In this document: in pieces, positions 21,413 to 32,764 of the stretch | Layout: every line of letters starts with the position of its first letter | Numbering within the stretch: position 1 is the stretch's first letter | Origin: Tetramitus jugosus | Taxonomy: Eukaryota; Protista; Heterolobosea | DNA length: 64,000 nt | NCBI GenBank assembly: GCA_937625935.1 | Contig: OW569357.1 | Location: 1-64,000 of the forward strand | Direction: 5' to 3' | The notes under the pieces: model-generated | The model's input: only the letters and a program-made list of their open reading frames with translations | Databases searched by the model: none | Told to the model about the DNA's origin: nothing | Translations under genes and position numbers: made by a program

Positions 21413-22072
21413 ATGGCCAAAGTAAGAAAATTAAAGCATCATGAACAAAAGCTTTTGAAAAAGGTTGACTTTTTGACATGGAAATCCGACGGTGTCAATG
21501 AAAACTACAGAGAACACATGCTCAAAGTCATTGCCAAATATAAACTCAACGGAGAAAAGGAGTTTTTTGAGTAAGTGTGTTTTGCAAACTTTTACAACCA
21601 AAAACAACAACAACATCTCACTCACACACACACGTACACACACGATAGTTATCAGAGAATTGCCAATCAAGTCAATGAAACCATAAAGTCCATTCGTGAA
21701 ATGGACGACAAGGAACACTTGGAATTCAAAAAACAACAATTTGAACAATTGTCCAACAAGTTGTACGAGATGGGAGTGTTGGACGCATTGAACGAACTAG
21801 AGAAGAGACCTAGAATCAATGTCGAGCGATTCTGCAGAAGAAGATTGAGTTATATGGTCAAGGTTTCTCACATGGCTGAAACAGTCACATTTGCATCAGA
21901 GTATATTAAGCATGGTCATATTCGAATTGGTCCTGAGATTGTAAAGGATTCTGCGTTTATTGTGTCCAGAGGTCTCGAAGATTTCATCACATGGTCCAAC
22001 ACATCTAGGATTAAGCACACGGTTAAGAAGTTTAATGAAGAGTATGATGATTATGAGATGTTGAATGCTTGA
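21413..22072 (+). CDS. IMP3: U3 snoRNP protein IMP3 (S4 domain); intron 21571-21648
   Basis: MAKVRKLKHHEQKLLKKVDFLTWK, FCRRRL, HGHIRIGP and EDFITW. GT-AG splicing joins the two frames. Confidence 0.95.
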
Positions 22073-22409
22073 GAGTGCGAGAGTGAGTGTGCGCTTGAGA
22101 GGGTGATGGATGCACCAAAAGTACTTTTGGAAATGTGTTTTCCGAAGAAGGCTCGTCCGTGTTGTTTGATGTGTGTCTGTCTATATGGATGATTGATTGA
22201 AGGAAACATGTTGTAGCCGACTTGACGTGGTCATCAACAAACATAAGTCTACGGTATCATCACCATGTTGGCCTACATTGGTGCTTAAGCAGTAAAACAC
22301 TGTTCACGAAAACAACAATGACACAAAATCCACGCATAATAAACGAATAATAAAAAGATACCACAACGACACGCATACGATTCTACATTCACTGGTTGGT
22401 TGTGTTTAC

Positions 22410-25139
22410 TTAGCCTTCGTTGTAACCGACCTTCCACTGAATAATGGAACGATCGGCACTGCAACTAAACACGTCTTCTCCATCTTCTGACCAACAAACA
22501 CCATTCACCATCATATCGTGTCCCTGTTTTTGGAGTGTCTCCACGCATTTGCCACTCAAGTCATAAATCTTGACTTGACGCTTGTTGGTTGCGACACAGA
22601 ACCGAGAATGATAGGAACTGATGGCCAGACGATTGACACCAGAGTGCACACTAAAACTCTTCAAAGAATGCTTCTCAGACAATTTTCTCATGTCCCAAAT
22701 CTTACAACTGCCGTCCTGCGTAGCCGTAATGATCATGCGATCATTTGAATTGAATATCGCGCACGTATCCATATGAACAGAGTGTTCTTTGACATGCGAG
22801 AACTGGTGAGTAAATTGATGGGATACGGAATCCCATATCTTACACATTCCATTATTACAAGCAGTAATGATCCAAGGATTATTGTTGGCTGACTGCAAGT
22901 CCGTTATTTGTACATCGTAATCATATCTGTCATTTCCTGGATGATAGTAGTTGTCCGATGATGAAGACGAGCAGTGAACAGAGTCATGATGGGTCACTCG
23001 AGAGATTAATTTTCCTGTCGTCACATCCCACAGTCGCAGAGAGCGATCCCAACCACCACTCACCACACTGTATTCACTGTTCGTTCTTCCTTGATGATAT
23101 TGAGCCGCTATGACCACAGTGTTGTCATGATCCAACGTCAGTAAAGGTGTGGACTTACTAGGAATACCATCATTCTCCTGTGATAAATGCGTCATGTACT
23201 CTGATGTTGACAACAAGTCTTGTGTGGCAACGTCATCTGATCTTTCGTCATCTTCCCTCTCGTTCATTGGATTACGATTGGCCCCACGTGACTCCTCTTC
23301 ATCAAAGTTTGTTCCTAAATCAAATGTCATACTCGAGTAATAATGATGATGATGAGTCTGCTTTGGTTGGTTCTCGTTGTTGTTTCGCCCCTGATCTAAC
23401 ACTGATCTCGGTGTTGTTAAAATAGTAATACCTGGCTCGTCATCATTATATTGGTCATTGTCATGATCCTTTCGACCATCATCACCAGAAATTGACTTTG
23501 CAACATTGTCCAAATGAATCAAGGTTGTTGATCCTGCGAGTCCATTGTGTCCAGAAACACCAACAGAACCATTGCCAACGACACTTCCTAGGTGAGTCGA
23601 AGGAGCAATGGAATCCTTGCCACCGCCACTCATACTTGCACCGAGTGCATTTACATTACTCGTGGTCAATCCTACTCCACTATTCACTGCACTGCTCTGA
23701 GCAATCATATTGCTGCCACCACTACCGCCATTATTCACACTATTTATGTTAGTGTTGTTGTTGTTACTGGGAGCAGCAGGGCAATCCCATTTCCACAACT
23801 GAACAGTACCATCACCCGACGCGGAACAAGCCAGTGGAGTATTGGGATGGAAGCATATGGTGTTCACTGCTCCTCGATGACCTCTGTAGACAAACTCTGG
23901 ACGCTGTACAACGTTGCCATACACCTCTTGCTGTTGTGGCATCATTCCACTATTCAATCCTCCATTATAATAATAATTGCTCATTTGTTGATTGTTTGTT
24001 GAGAACAAACAGATTGTGGAATCCATGGAACATGAGGCGATCCAAGGACTCTTCTTCAACAGAGAGTTTCCATAGCTCGGAACAAGCGCCACATTGTTCA
24101 CAATGTCATGATGATAGTAGAATCGACGAACAATGGAACGATTGGACCAATTGTAGGCCATTTCGTGCTGAGGCATTGGAAGTGAAATGTTCTTGGTTTG
24201 GGCAATGAGACTCTTGACTCTCTGATATGGATGAGACAATTTTTTGGATAGCTTGTCAATGTTGGATTTTCCTCCTGGTGGTGGTGTTTGTGACGCTGCT
24301 GCCAAAGCAGAAGAAGTACCTGTTGTTGTTGTTGTATTTGCGCCACCTGCAGTGTTAGTGGTAGCAGTGGTAGTGGCGTTCGCAGTGATACTAGTGTTTG
24401 AATGATGATTGGCATGATTGGATGATGGAAATGCGATGGCTGATGAGGAACTGACAGTAGTTGGTGAACTTGCTGAACTCAACTTTCTCTTCATTTCATT
24501 CTTCAAAAATGCGAGATGAGGAGAAGACAGTGTCAATGATGGAGGTGGAGCTGACGATAATGATGATGACTGATGACTGTTGTTATTTGCACTCGTTTGT
24601 GCGGTTGTAGTAGTATTAGTGGTAATATTCGCATTGTGATTGTTCAAATAGGGAGATGATGGATAAATGAGTGGAGGTGACAAATGATGCGGCACATGTT
24701 TTCCGCCCTGTTCACCAAACAATATTCTCTCATATTCCTCTACTCTGACCTTCAATGTTTGATTCTCGTGCTGGACTGATTGATATTCTCTCTGTAGTTC
24801 TGCATAGAGAGCACTCAGTCGATGATAGCTATTCGTGGGAGAATACATGTTTTGAGTCGTGCTAGAATTGGTAGTGGTGATGGGTGATGGTGGTGATGCT
24901 GTTAGCTTTGGAGTGCCACTACCACCACTACCACCATTTTGGGTGGTAGTCATACTGTGATGCGGATGGTTGCTATTGTTGTTGTTGTTGTTGGTTGAGA
25001 TGGCTAGTGGAACAGAAGAGGCATGTTGTTGTTGGTGGTGGTGGTGGTGGTGATGATGATTGTTGTGATATGGTAAATCATAGTAAAAATCACCTTCGTC
25101 ATCACTACGAATCTGAAATGAATCATGTGGGTCTTCCAT
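22410..25139 (-). CDS. WD40-repeat protein, WDR37-like, with low-complexity insertions
   Basis: An N-terminal coiled coil (LYAELQREYQSVQHENQTLK) is followed by multiple GH...WD repeats, which is the WDR37-like layout. Confidence 0.85.
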   Translation of the reverse strand: MEDPHDSFQIRSDDEGDFYYDLPYHNNHHHHHHHHQQQHASSVPLAISTNNNNNNSNHPHHSMTTTQNGGSGGSGTPKLTASPPSPITTTNSSTTQNMYSPTNSYHRLSALYAELQREYQSVQHENQTLKVRVEEYERILFGEQGGKHVPHHLSPPLIYPSSPYLNNHNANITTNTTTTAQTSANNNSHQSSSLSSAPPPSLTLSSPHLAFLKNEMKRKLSSASSPTTVSSSSAIAFPSSNHANHHSNTSITANATTTATTNTAGGANTTTTTGTSSALAAASQTPPPGGKSNIDKLSKKLSHPYQRVKSLIAQTKNISLPMPQHEMAYNWSNRSIVRRFYYHHDIVNNVALVPSYGNSLLKKSPWIASCSMDSTICLFSTNNQQMSNYYYNGGLNSGMMPQQQEVYGNVVQRPEFVYRGHRGAVNTICFHPNTPLACSASGDGTVQLWKWDCPAAPSNNNNTNINSVNNGGSGGSNMIAQSSAVNSGVGLTTSNVNALGASMSGGGKDSIAPSTHLGSVVGNGSVGVSGHNGLAGSTTLIHLDNVAKSISGDDGRKDHDNDQYNDDEPGITILTTPRSVLDQGRNNNENQPKQTHHHHYYSSMTFDLGTNFDEEESRGANRNPMNEREDDERSDDVATQDLLSTSEYMTHLSQENDGIPSKSTPLLTLDHDNTVVIAAQYHQGRTNSEYSVVSGGWDRSLRLWDVTTGKLISRVTHHDSVHCSSSSSDNYYHPGNDRYDYDVQITDLQSANNNPWIITACNNGMCKIWDSVSHQFTHQFSHVKEHSVHMDTCAIFNSNDRMIITATQDGSCKIWDMRKLSEKHSLKSFSVHSGVNRLAISSYHSRFCVATNKRQVKIYDLSGKCVETLQKQGHDMMVNGVCWSEDGEDVFSCSADRSIIQWKVGYNEG

Positions 25140-25268
25140 TGTTTGTTGTGCTGTGTTTCTCTTTTTTTTAGTTGCTTGACGACGGAGATTTTGATGGTTC
25201 GTCTCCGAAGTTTTTTTTGGGTATAAAATGCAACCCAAGCGTTTCTTTCGTTTTATGAATACAAAATG

Positions 25269-28200
25269 CTAGGTTGGCTTGTAAGGTGCAAGCTTTTGGA
25301 GGACAGAGTTGCTACGGGATCGAACCGGCACAGAAATATTTTTGGTTCTCTTATTCCTCAAAGTGTTGGCTCGTTGAGCAGCCTCGAGAGCTGCATGCAA
25401 CTCGTCAATCTTTGACTGTAACTCCTCTCTCTTCTTCTTGAAATCGTCTCTCTCATTCTGCTTGAATGCTTGTTGAGTTCTTAGGGATTCAATCTCTGTT
25501 GTAAGTTCGGCAATTCTTCCTCTTTGTAAGGCAATCTTGTCTGTCAGGGCTTTCAACTTCCTTCGATAATTACTATTCTCCTTTCTCGAGTGGTTTGCTT
25601 CATCTTCAAGTTTGTTCCTCTCATGAGTAATCTTGCGTAAACTACTCCTCAACTCCATCACTTCGTTTGCTAAGTTTCTGTTTGACTTTGGTGCTATTCC
25701 GGAAATTTCACCTGATAGTTGCTGTCTGAACTCCTCTCTCTGAACGGTTGTGTTTTCCAACTCTAGTTGGAGCTGGATGATATACTCTTCAAGTTTTCTT
25801 GTTTCTAACTGATGATCCTGAACAGTAGCAGCGAACTTGTCCTTTTCTGCTTGGATGGTTCCCTTTTGATAATGGATATCCTTGTTGAGAGCATCAACCT
25901 TTGCAGAGAGGTCTTCTATTGTACTTTGATGCTGGTTGATGAGTTCCTTGTGTGTTTGGACCAGTGTTTCTTGCTCTTCCATTGATCTGGTTGATTTTTC
26001 CATGGCATCCCTAGCGTCAATTCTTTCCTTCTCTACAGTGAGGCGCAATGATTTGATGGTTTCTTCTTTCTGCCTCTCGATACTATCAGCATTCTCTCTC
26101 ACATCTCGCATCCCAGAGCTATACAGCTGCATTAAATAAGATTCCAATTCGACCTCTAAATCAGATGTTTTACCAGATCTTTCCAACCTCTCTTTCTCTA
26201 AATGAGTTTTGAGAGAGGCAATCTCTTCGTCCTTTTTTGCCAGTTCCCTCTTCAAGTCGTCTGCACGATTCTTCAAGTCAGTTTCTGTTTTGTCTGCTAT
26301 GATAATCTTCGCTTTTAAAGAGTTTATGTCTCCCTTCAACTGATTCTGCTTAACTGTTGCTAGAGCTTTCAGGTTTTCAGAATGGCGAAGTTCATCTTTA
26401 CACTTCAGAAGCTCTTGCTTGACAGCATTCACTTCTCTTTTGGCATGATTATTCAAAACAGATAGTTCGGAATCAGCATCAATTGTAGCAATCTTTTCCT
26501 CCTCTAAATTATTTTCTAACATGAAAATTCGATCTTTTAAGGTGGAAATTAGTTCTTTTTGCACTTGATTCTCTGATCTAAGCTTTTCAATCTCTGCCAT
26601 CACCTTTCCTCTTGCTACTGGCTCTGAAACTCGTTTGGTCAGTTCGTCAATAGTCTCATCAGAATCAAGATTAATGTTCAACACCTGTCTAGCTTTTCGT
26701 TCCTCTTGTAATTCTAATTCTATTACTTCCATCTCCTTAAGGACATCCTCCAACTCTCTCTCAAGTTCTTCCTTCTCTAGGAGAATATGTTTGGTATCAA
26801 AAAGAGATTTTGAGTCTGTGTCCTTCTGTTTAGATAGAAGTTGTTCGTTTTCGTCCAATAAAGCTTCAATTTCCTCTTCAATAATCAATTTTTCTTCCTC
26901 TGCATCTTTCAATTTCTCGGCCAAAATATCGTTCTCTTCTAGGGCAGCCTCTAACTCCTCTTCAAGGACTGTCCGTTCATCTGCAAACTCTGCCTTTAAC
27001 TCTTCGATTCTGAGCTGTAGTTCAGCATAAGCAGTTTCGTTAAATTCATCTTCACTCGTCTCGCTCTTAAGATCAACTTCACTATTCTCGTGGTCCATAT
27101 CTGTGCTCTGACTCTTCTTAATCAAATCATCAGGCAGTAGCTTTCCTTCTCTCAGTAACTCTATTTGCTCGATAAGAGCACTATTCTTCAATCTCAGCTG
27201 ATTCAATTGGTGCTGTAGTTTCTCTACCAACATCTGAAGCTCTTTGGCGCTCTTTGTAGCATTTACCTTGACGGCACATTTGATCGACTTTGCTCGCTGC
27301 CCAAATTTCAAGGTCGAAATTGTTTCCTCTATATTGAATGAGTGAGGAGAGCAAGCACAAATAATGGTGGTCTTTGAGTTTCCTCCGAGAGACTCTTGTA
27401 ATATACGCGTAAGTTTTGAATCTCGAAACGGAATGTGCTTCTTCTTCTCAACTAATGCATTGATACATAACCCCAATGCTGACAATGATTGATTAATCTT
27501 CTTTGCCTCTTCCAGAGTTTGTCCTGTCGCTCCTGTTTTTCCAACTTTCTCTGATCCAGCTAGATCTACAAGATTCAACCTTCCGTTCTTTGTTGTTCCA
27601 TCTGGAGAAGTCGAATTGACTTTAATGACAAATACGGAGTGAGATCTAGAACTTTGGGCATTCATTTGAGTATAACTGACAACTCTATTATTTGTTCCCA
27701 GTTCGAGGAGATCGTAAATCTCTTGCTCGCTTCCAACGTACTATAAATATTGTCGATGTCAAAGTTATATTCATAACAAGAGGCATCATAACACAAGCTT
27801 ACCTCCTCAGTTAAATCTCCCACATAAATACCATTCTGTGGAGACTCCCTTATTTGTAAATTCTTCTTGGTGGTATCGAACAAGTCCTGAATGGTTTCGT
27901 TGTAGATCTCCAAGTATGAACATGATATTCGAAACTCTGTACCCTTTTCCTGGGGTGTGTTTTCAATCATGTCGAAAATGGCCCTCGAAGCTCTTGGTAT
28001 CAGACCATAATCATCTTCTCTATCCAATGAACCCATCATCGACCTACCATTCGTGAGTTGAACAGAAAGTATTAACATGTCTTCTCCACCAACAAATCTT
28101 CATAACAAATGATATACGCACCAACTCTTACCTGCACCCGTTTGTCCATAGGCAAAGATAGTTCCATTGTAACCCTTCAATACGTCATCCACAACATCCT

Positions 28201-28429
28201 TACATGAATTCTCATAGAAAAACTCTTGGCTTGTGTGAGGAGGGAAAACACAATCATAAGAGTACTTGAGATCAGCATTGGAAGTGAGAACTGGATTATT
28301 GGACTCAATCTCCAGTGACATGCTATCCACATATTTGATATTGACACTGTATGGCACGACTTCACTCTTCTCTCTTGAGTTTATAGGTCTAAATCGGACA
28401 CAAACCCTGACATTTTGAGATTTTCCCAT
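25269..28429 (-). CDS. Kinesin with N-terminal motor and long coiled coil (introns 28121-28044, 27802-27741)
   Basis: VRFRP, AYGQTGAGKS, SYLEIYNE, NAQSSRSH, DLAGSE and HIPFRDSKLTRILQESLGGN. Splicing restores the frame. Confidence 0.95.
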
Positions 28430-28821
28430 TGTGAAACAAAAATTTTCAACAGCTATTCGCTTCTCACTGTTCTTTGTGTTTTCGAAATAAACCGTAGTCA
28501 AGCTATTCACCGCTGCAGAATTGCCAAAGGCTCAAATACCAAAAATTGAAACACACTTTCGATGATGTCCTGTGACTTTTTCAAAAGCAGGAACTGATGA
28601 CAAGAAATAGCGTTTCCTGCTGCGATCCAATGTTACAGTGATAAAAAGAGAAATCTTGTTGAATTTGTTGATCAGACAAACTACTGATGGTTGCTTGCCT
28701 CCAAAAGATTTCAACTCCCTCGAGCACACATGTTGAATGCTGAGAATGATGCTGGTGGAGATAACCTGGGAGTTGTGAATGTTGGAGATTACTTCAATAC
28801 CGAAAGCAACGAAGCTATTAA

Positions 28822-29080
28822 AATATGTCTCATTCCAGCTCGCGCCTCCAACAGCAACATTCCATCTCGGTGCTTTTCCTTGGCAGATCTGGCCCAGTGC
28901 TTTCAGATGCGGAACAACCGTCGGTAAATTACGTTTTTTTTTAGTGAACGCGAGGTGGGGTTCGAGCAATGTCACACAGGCAGGCCACTTCGTAGCTGAG
29001 GGTCCATGGCCACTCATCGCAGGCCCGAGGGTGCTTTGCCTGCAGGACCGTTTGTGTGGGAACCCCAACCCACGCTTCCA
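28822..29080 (-). ncRNA. Candidate structured non-coding RNA (two long hairpins joined by an A-rich hinge)
   Basis: A GC-rich island in AT-rich intergenic DNA. Nested stems span 29075-28950 and 28924-28848, and G-U pairs favour the minus strand. The family was not identified. Confidence 0.45.
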
Positions 29081-29651
29081 TCAACTCGAAGCAAAACCTC
29101 TGATAAGAATCAACAGCAAAACCTATAAAGATGAACACGACATAATATTTGAACGAATTATATGTGTAAATTCTAGTAGTCGACTGTGTTGTATGATCAT
29201 CCAACCTTGGTGATGTTTGAGAAGCCAAAAGAACTTCAACTGATTTGTTGAGGCCACACTTTTTTTTCACAAACACAGAAGAGACGTACACCACCCCTGT
29301 CAACACACCCAACAACCAACGGTTTTTAGCTCATCTCTCTCAAAAAGAAGACATTGTGATTGTCGCGCAATATCATTTGATCAAATCACAATATCATCAT
29401 ACCGCAGCACAATAGTAATATATTCATCATCATCACAAAAAAAACCTCTTCACACATTATTGACAAATCGTGATCGAACAAAAGCTCTCTTAACATTATC
29501 TGAAACAACAACAACAGTTCATTAGCTTCACACAAGTCGCACCGCATCATCAAACCTCACACACACAAAAACACGAAATAATAATTTCTTCCAACAAATC
29601 TCTCACAGAAAAAACGCGACACACATTTTCCACACATACAAAAAAAAAGAT

Positions 29652-32600
29652 ATGAAGCAAGAGACGAGTGCGGCAGCAGCGACCACAACCTCAACATCAA
29701 AAAAGAGAAAGAGACCATCTTCCTCAAAAAAAGACCCAAATGCTCCCAAGTACCCAAGAACAGGCTACAACAGATATTGTGACAGTGAAAGACAAAATAT
29801 CAAGGATGAATTGAACACGAATGACTCGACAGTCATTGAGAGAGAATTGGGCAAAAGATGGAAAGAATTGGATGTTGATAAAAAGGAAGAATACAATGAA
29901 TCCTTTCGCAAAGACAAGGACATTTATAAGCAACAACTGAAGGAGTACAATGAAAAATTAGAGGCTGCTGCTGCTCAACAAGCTGCTGCTGCAAATCAAT
30001 TGAGTGATGATGAATCTGTCAACAAGAAACAAAAGACACCACTGTCTGCTCTCACCATTACCAACAATCAACATTCACACAATGATATGATTCATTCTCC
30101 ATATGGTAGCTCAACGACTCAGCAGAGTCCTCATCCTCACCATCATCATCAACAAGCAGCACACGAGTTTACCATTCATCACACGCAGCATCATCACCAA
30201 CAAGTGCATCATCCACAACAACAGACACAACAACACTCTCATCATGGATACTCTAGTGCAATGCAACAGCCACAACAACCACATCACCATTATGCTGATC
30301 ATCAACATCACCAAGCTCCTCATCACAATCATCATCATCATCATCCACAGCAGCAGCAGCAGCAGCAACAACAACAAGCATCACAACAGTATCACTATCA
30401 CCATCCAGATCAACATCAAAACCTACCATCCATGTCTCATCAGATGCATCATCACCATCATCACATTCCATCATCACAACAACCTCAACAACTCTATCCG
30501 CAGCATCATCATGCCAATCAACCCTCTCAACAACAGTCGCAGCAACAACAACAACAGCAGCACATTCAACAATTGCCTCCCATTCAACAACAAATCCAGT
30601 CTCCACATCCACAAGGCACTCCATCATTCCATCAATCATCATACATGCAATATCCATTGATGTCTCAGCAGCAACAGTTACCACCCATGCATCATCACCT
30701 CTATTCACAACAGAGTCATGGTCACTATCAACAACAACAACCACAACAACAACAATTGCAACAACAATTACCACCAATGCAACCACAACAGCAATCTGTA
30801 TCTCCATCGTCACCTCTTTCTGCCACTACAGCGCCACCCGCAAGTGCTACCAAAACAACAGGAAAAGAAAAGAAGAAGAAGCAATTGAGAGATCCAAATG
30901 CACCTGCAAAACCATTGAGTGGATATCAACAATTTTGCAAAGAAAAGCACTCTGAGATTCAAAAAATCAATCCAGACATGAAATCAAGAGATGTGATGAA
31001 GGAGTTGGGTCGGTTGTGGAAGAGTCTTGGCGACGATGAAAAGAGCACCTATAATGATGCGTACGCAGAACGAAAAATGAATTATGACGCTGAAATGAAA
31101 AAGTACAAATCGAATATGGCTGCCGCTGCTGCTGCTGCCACCGCAGCAAATGGAGCCTCCTCAGCTGCTACAAGTGCACAGGAAACAAGCACGTCTTCGG
31201 TCGATGACGATGAAGAACCATCTTCCGTCTCTGCGAATATGCACTATGACAATCTGTTGTCGAACATGATTGGTCAATCAAACTCGGACCACTCCTCTGC
31301 TCGAACAGCGAGTCATGGTGCTGTTGGATCGAGTCATCATCATCCATCCAATCACATTACCAAAGCAGATTTGGAACCAATTGATCGTGATCAACTCTTA
31401 ACTTTTTGGCGAGTTGTGCTCTGTCAGACCGACTCGGACAAGTTTAGAGCCTTCCGTGACAGTGTGAGATGCTTCTTGTTGGAAGTTCAGCCCGAGGATG
31501 ATCAATTTGCTGCGTACAACAAAACATTGTACGACACTGAGAAGTTTGCGTGCTATGATGATCATCATTCTCTTGTCAGATATGTGGAAGGTATTCGATC
31601 ACTAGCACCCAACACTATTTGTCCAATGCCAGCAGGTAATATCTTTAGAGATGCGCAGGCACTCATCCAAAGACAAAAGGCCAGATGGGAGTCGTTTGCC
31701 GGAGGAAGGGCATGGTTGGATGAATATGACTGTGGTAGTTTTAATGATTCTGATGGCAGTGAGGAAGACGATGATGCAAACGTGGCTGAACGAAAATCGT
31801 GGAAAGACTATGGAATGGATTTGCATCGATTGGAGATTGGTTCCTTTGCACCAGCAAAGAACTACAGAGGACAATTTAGACTTAAAATCGATAGCAACAA
31901 TCGATTGATGTACATTTATCTTCACAACTATGTGTGCAATCCAAACAAGTACATGAACATGAAGAATCCTGTGACTCAACTCTATGCCCACTTTAATGAC
32001 TTTAAGGTTTCCAGACGAGTGAGAATGAGCCTATCAATAGACAATATCTGTGGCGTACACACACATATTGACGCAAGCTCCAAGAAGGGAGTATTGATTC
32101 TCAAGGTGAATGATATTCCACGATTCGAAACACAACGGATATGTGCAGTGCCTCCTGAGCGTAATCATTGGAGACCTCGAACTGATTTTACTCTGAATGA
32201 ACAAGCGTCCAGGCATCAATACTACTATATCCTAGCCGATGAAGAGTCTCTTCAGTACACGATTGCCTTGCTGTTGAGCCTTTCGTCATCATTCCAGAAC
32301 TTGTACACTAGGAAACAATCTATTGGCACACCGGAGCAAATTGTTGAAAACTTTTATGCAACGAGACCAGCATGGGAAGTGAAGCACCAGATGCCGCGCC
32401 ATGCATCAAAACCACCCGTCCTGCCCATGCCTATACCCAATTCCTCAGCCGAGTTTGAAGGTGGAGTGGACACTTGTGGATATGACTCGGAAACGGATCA
32501 ACCAGAGTTCCCACGGGGAGAAGAGTTTGCCTTCAAGACTGCCAGCAGTGGATATGATCATCACTTTCTGTTGAGTCACTTGATGCCGCCGGACATGATC

Positions 32601-32660
32601 AACCGAGGTCCCAGCAACGCACACCCCATGCCCGAAGGTTGGACTTTTGAATTCGAATGA
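29652..32660 (+). CDS. Double HMG-box protein with polyQ/H region and C-terminal PH-like domain
   Basis: Two HMG boxes (KDPNAPKYPRTGY...LGKRWKEL and RDPNAPAKPLSGY...LGRLWKSL). The C-terminal motif W..RTDFT..EQAS is also present. Confidence 0.9.
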   Translation: MKQETSAAAATTTSTSKKRKRPSSSKKDPNAPKYPRTGYNRYCDSERQNIKDELNTNDSTVIERELGKRWKELDVDKKEEYNESFRKDKDIYKQQLKEYNEKLEAAAAQQAAAANQLSDDESVNKKQKTPLSALTITNNQHSHNDMIHSPYGSSTTQQSPHPHHHHQQAAHEFTIHHTQHHHQQVHHPQQQTQQHSHHGYSSAMQQPQQPHHHYADHQHHQAPHHNHHHHHPQQQQQQQQQQASQQYHYHHPDQHQNLPSMSHQMHHHHHHIPSSQQPQQLYPQHHHANQPSQQQSQQQQQQQHIQQLPPIQQQIQSPHPQGTPSFHQSSYMQYPLMSQQQQLPPMHHHLYSQQSHGHYQQQQPQQQQLQQQLPPMQPQQQSVSPSSPLSATTAPPASATKTTGKEKKKKQLRDPNAPAKPLSGYQQFCKEKHSEIQKINPDMKSRDVMKELGRLWKSLGDDEKSTYNDAYAERKMNYDAEMKKYKSNMAAAAAAATAANGASSAATSAQETSTSSVDDDEEPSSVSANMHYDNLLSNMIGQSNSDHSSARTASHGAVGSSHHHPSNHITKADLEPIDRDQLLTFWRVVLCQTDSDKFRAFRDSVRCFLLEVQPEDDQFAAYNKTLYDTEKFACYDDHHSLVRYVEGIRSLAPNTICPMPAGNIFRDAQALIQRQKARWESFAGGRAWLDEYDCGSFNDSDGSEEDDDANVAERKSWKDYGMDLHRLEIGSFAPAKNYRGQFRLKIDSNNRLMYIYLHNYVCNPNKYMNMKNPVTQLYAHFNDFKVSRRVRMSLSIDNICGVHTHIDASSKKGVLILKVNDIPRFETQRICAVPPERNHWRPRTDFTLNEQASRHQYYYILADEESLQYTIALLLSLSSSFQNLYTRKQSIGTPEQIVENFYATRPAWEVKHQMPRHASKPPVLPMPIPNSSAEFEGGVDTCGYDSETDQPEFPRGEEFAFKTASSGYDHHFLLSHLMPPDMINRGPSNAHPMPEGWTFEFE

Positions 32661-32764
32661 AAGCACGTTCAAGGAGCTCACCCAATAAAAACATCGCAAA
32701 AAAATTTTCCTGAAAAAAAGAGACCTGAACTCGTTCGTGATTGATAGCGTCTTAACTCAAGAGA

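Noticed and set aside
28532-29315. Overlapping ORFs of 78-178 aa
   Set aside because: They have no recognisable domains and overlap each other. They are best explained by locally high GC content.
28500-29600. Telomerase RNA identity for the structured element
   Set aside because: No CCCAAA template occurs on either strand. AACCCCAACCC does not match the telomere and is paired within a stem.
30000-30830. Alternative-frame and antisense ORFs over CAN/CAT microsatellites
   Set aside because: They are shadows of the polyQ/H coding tract.
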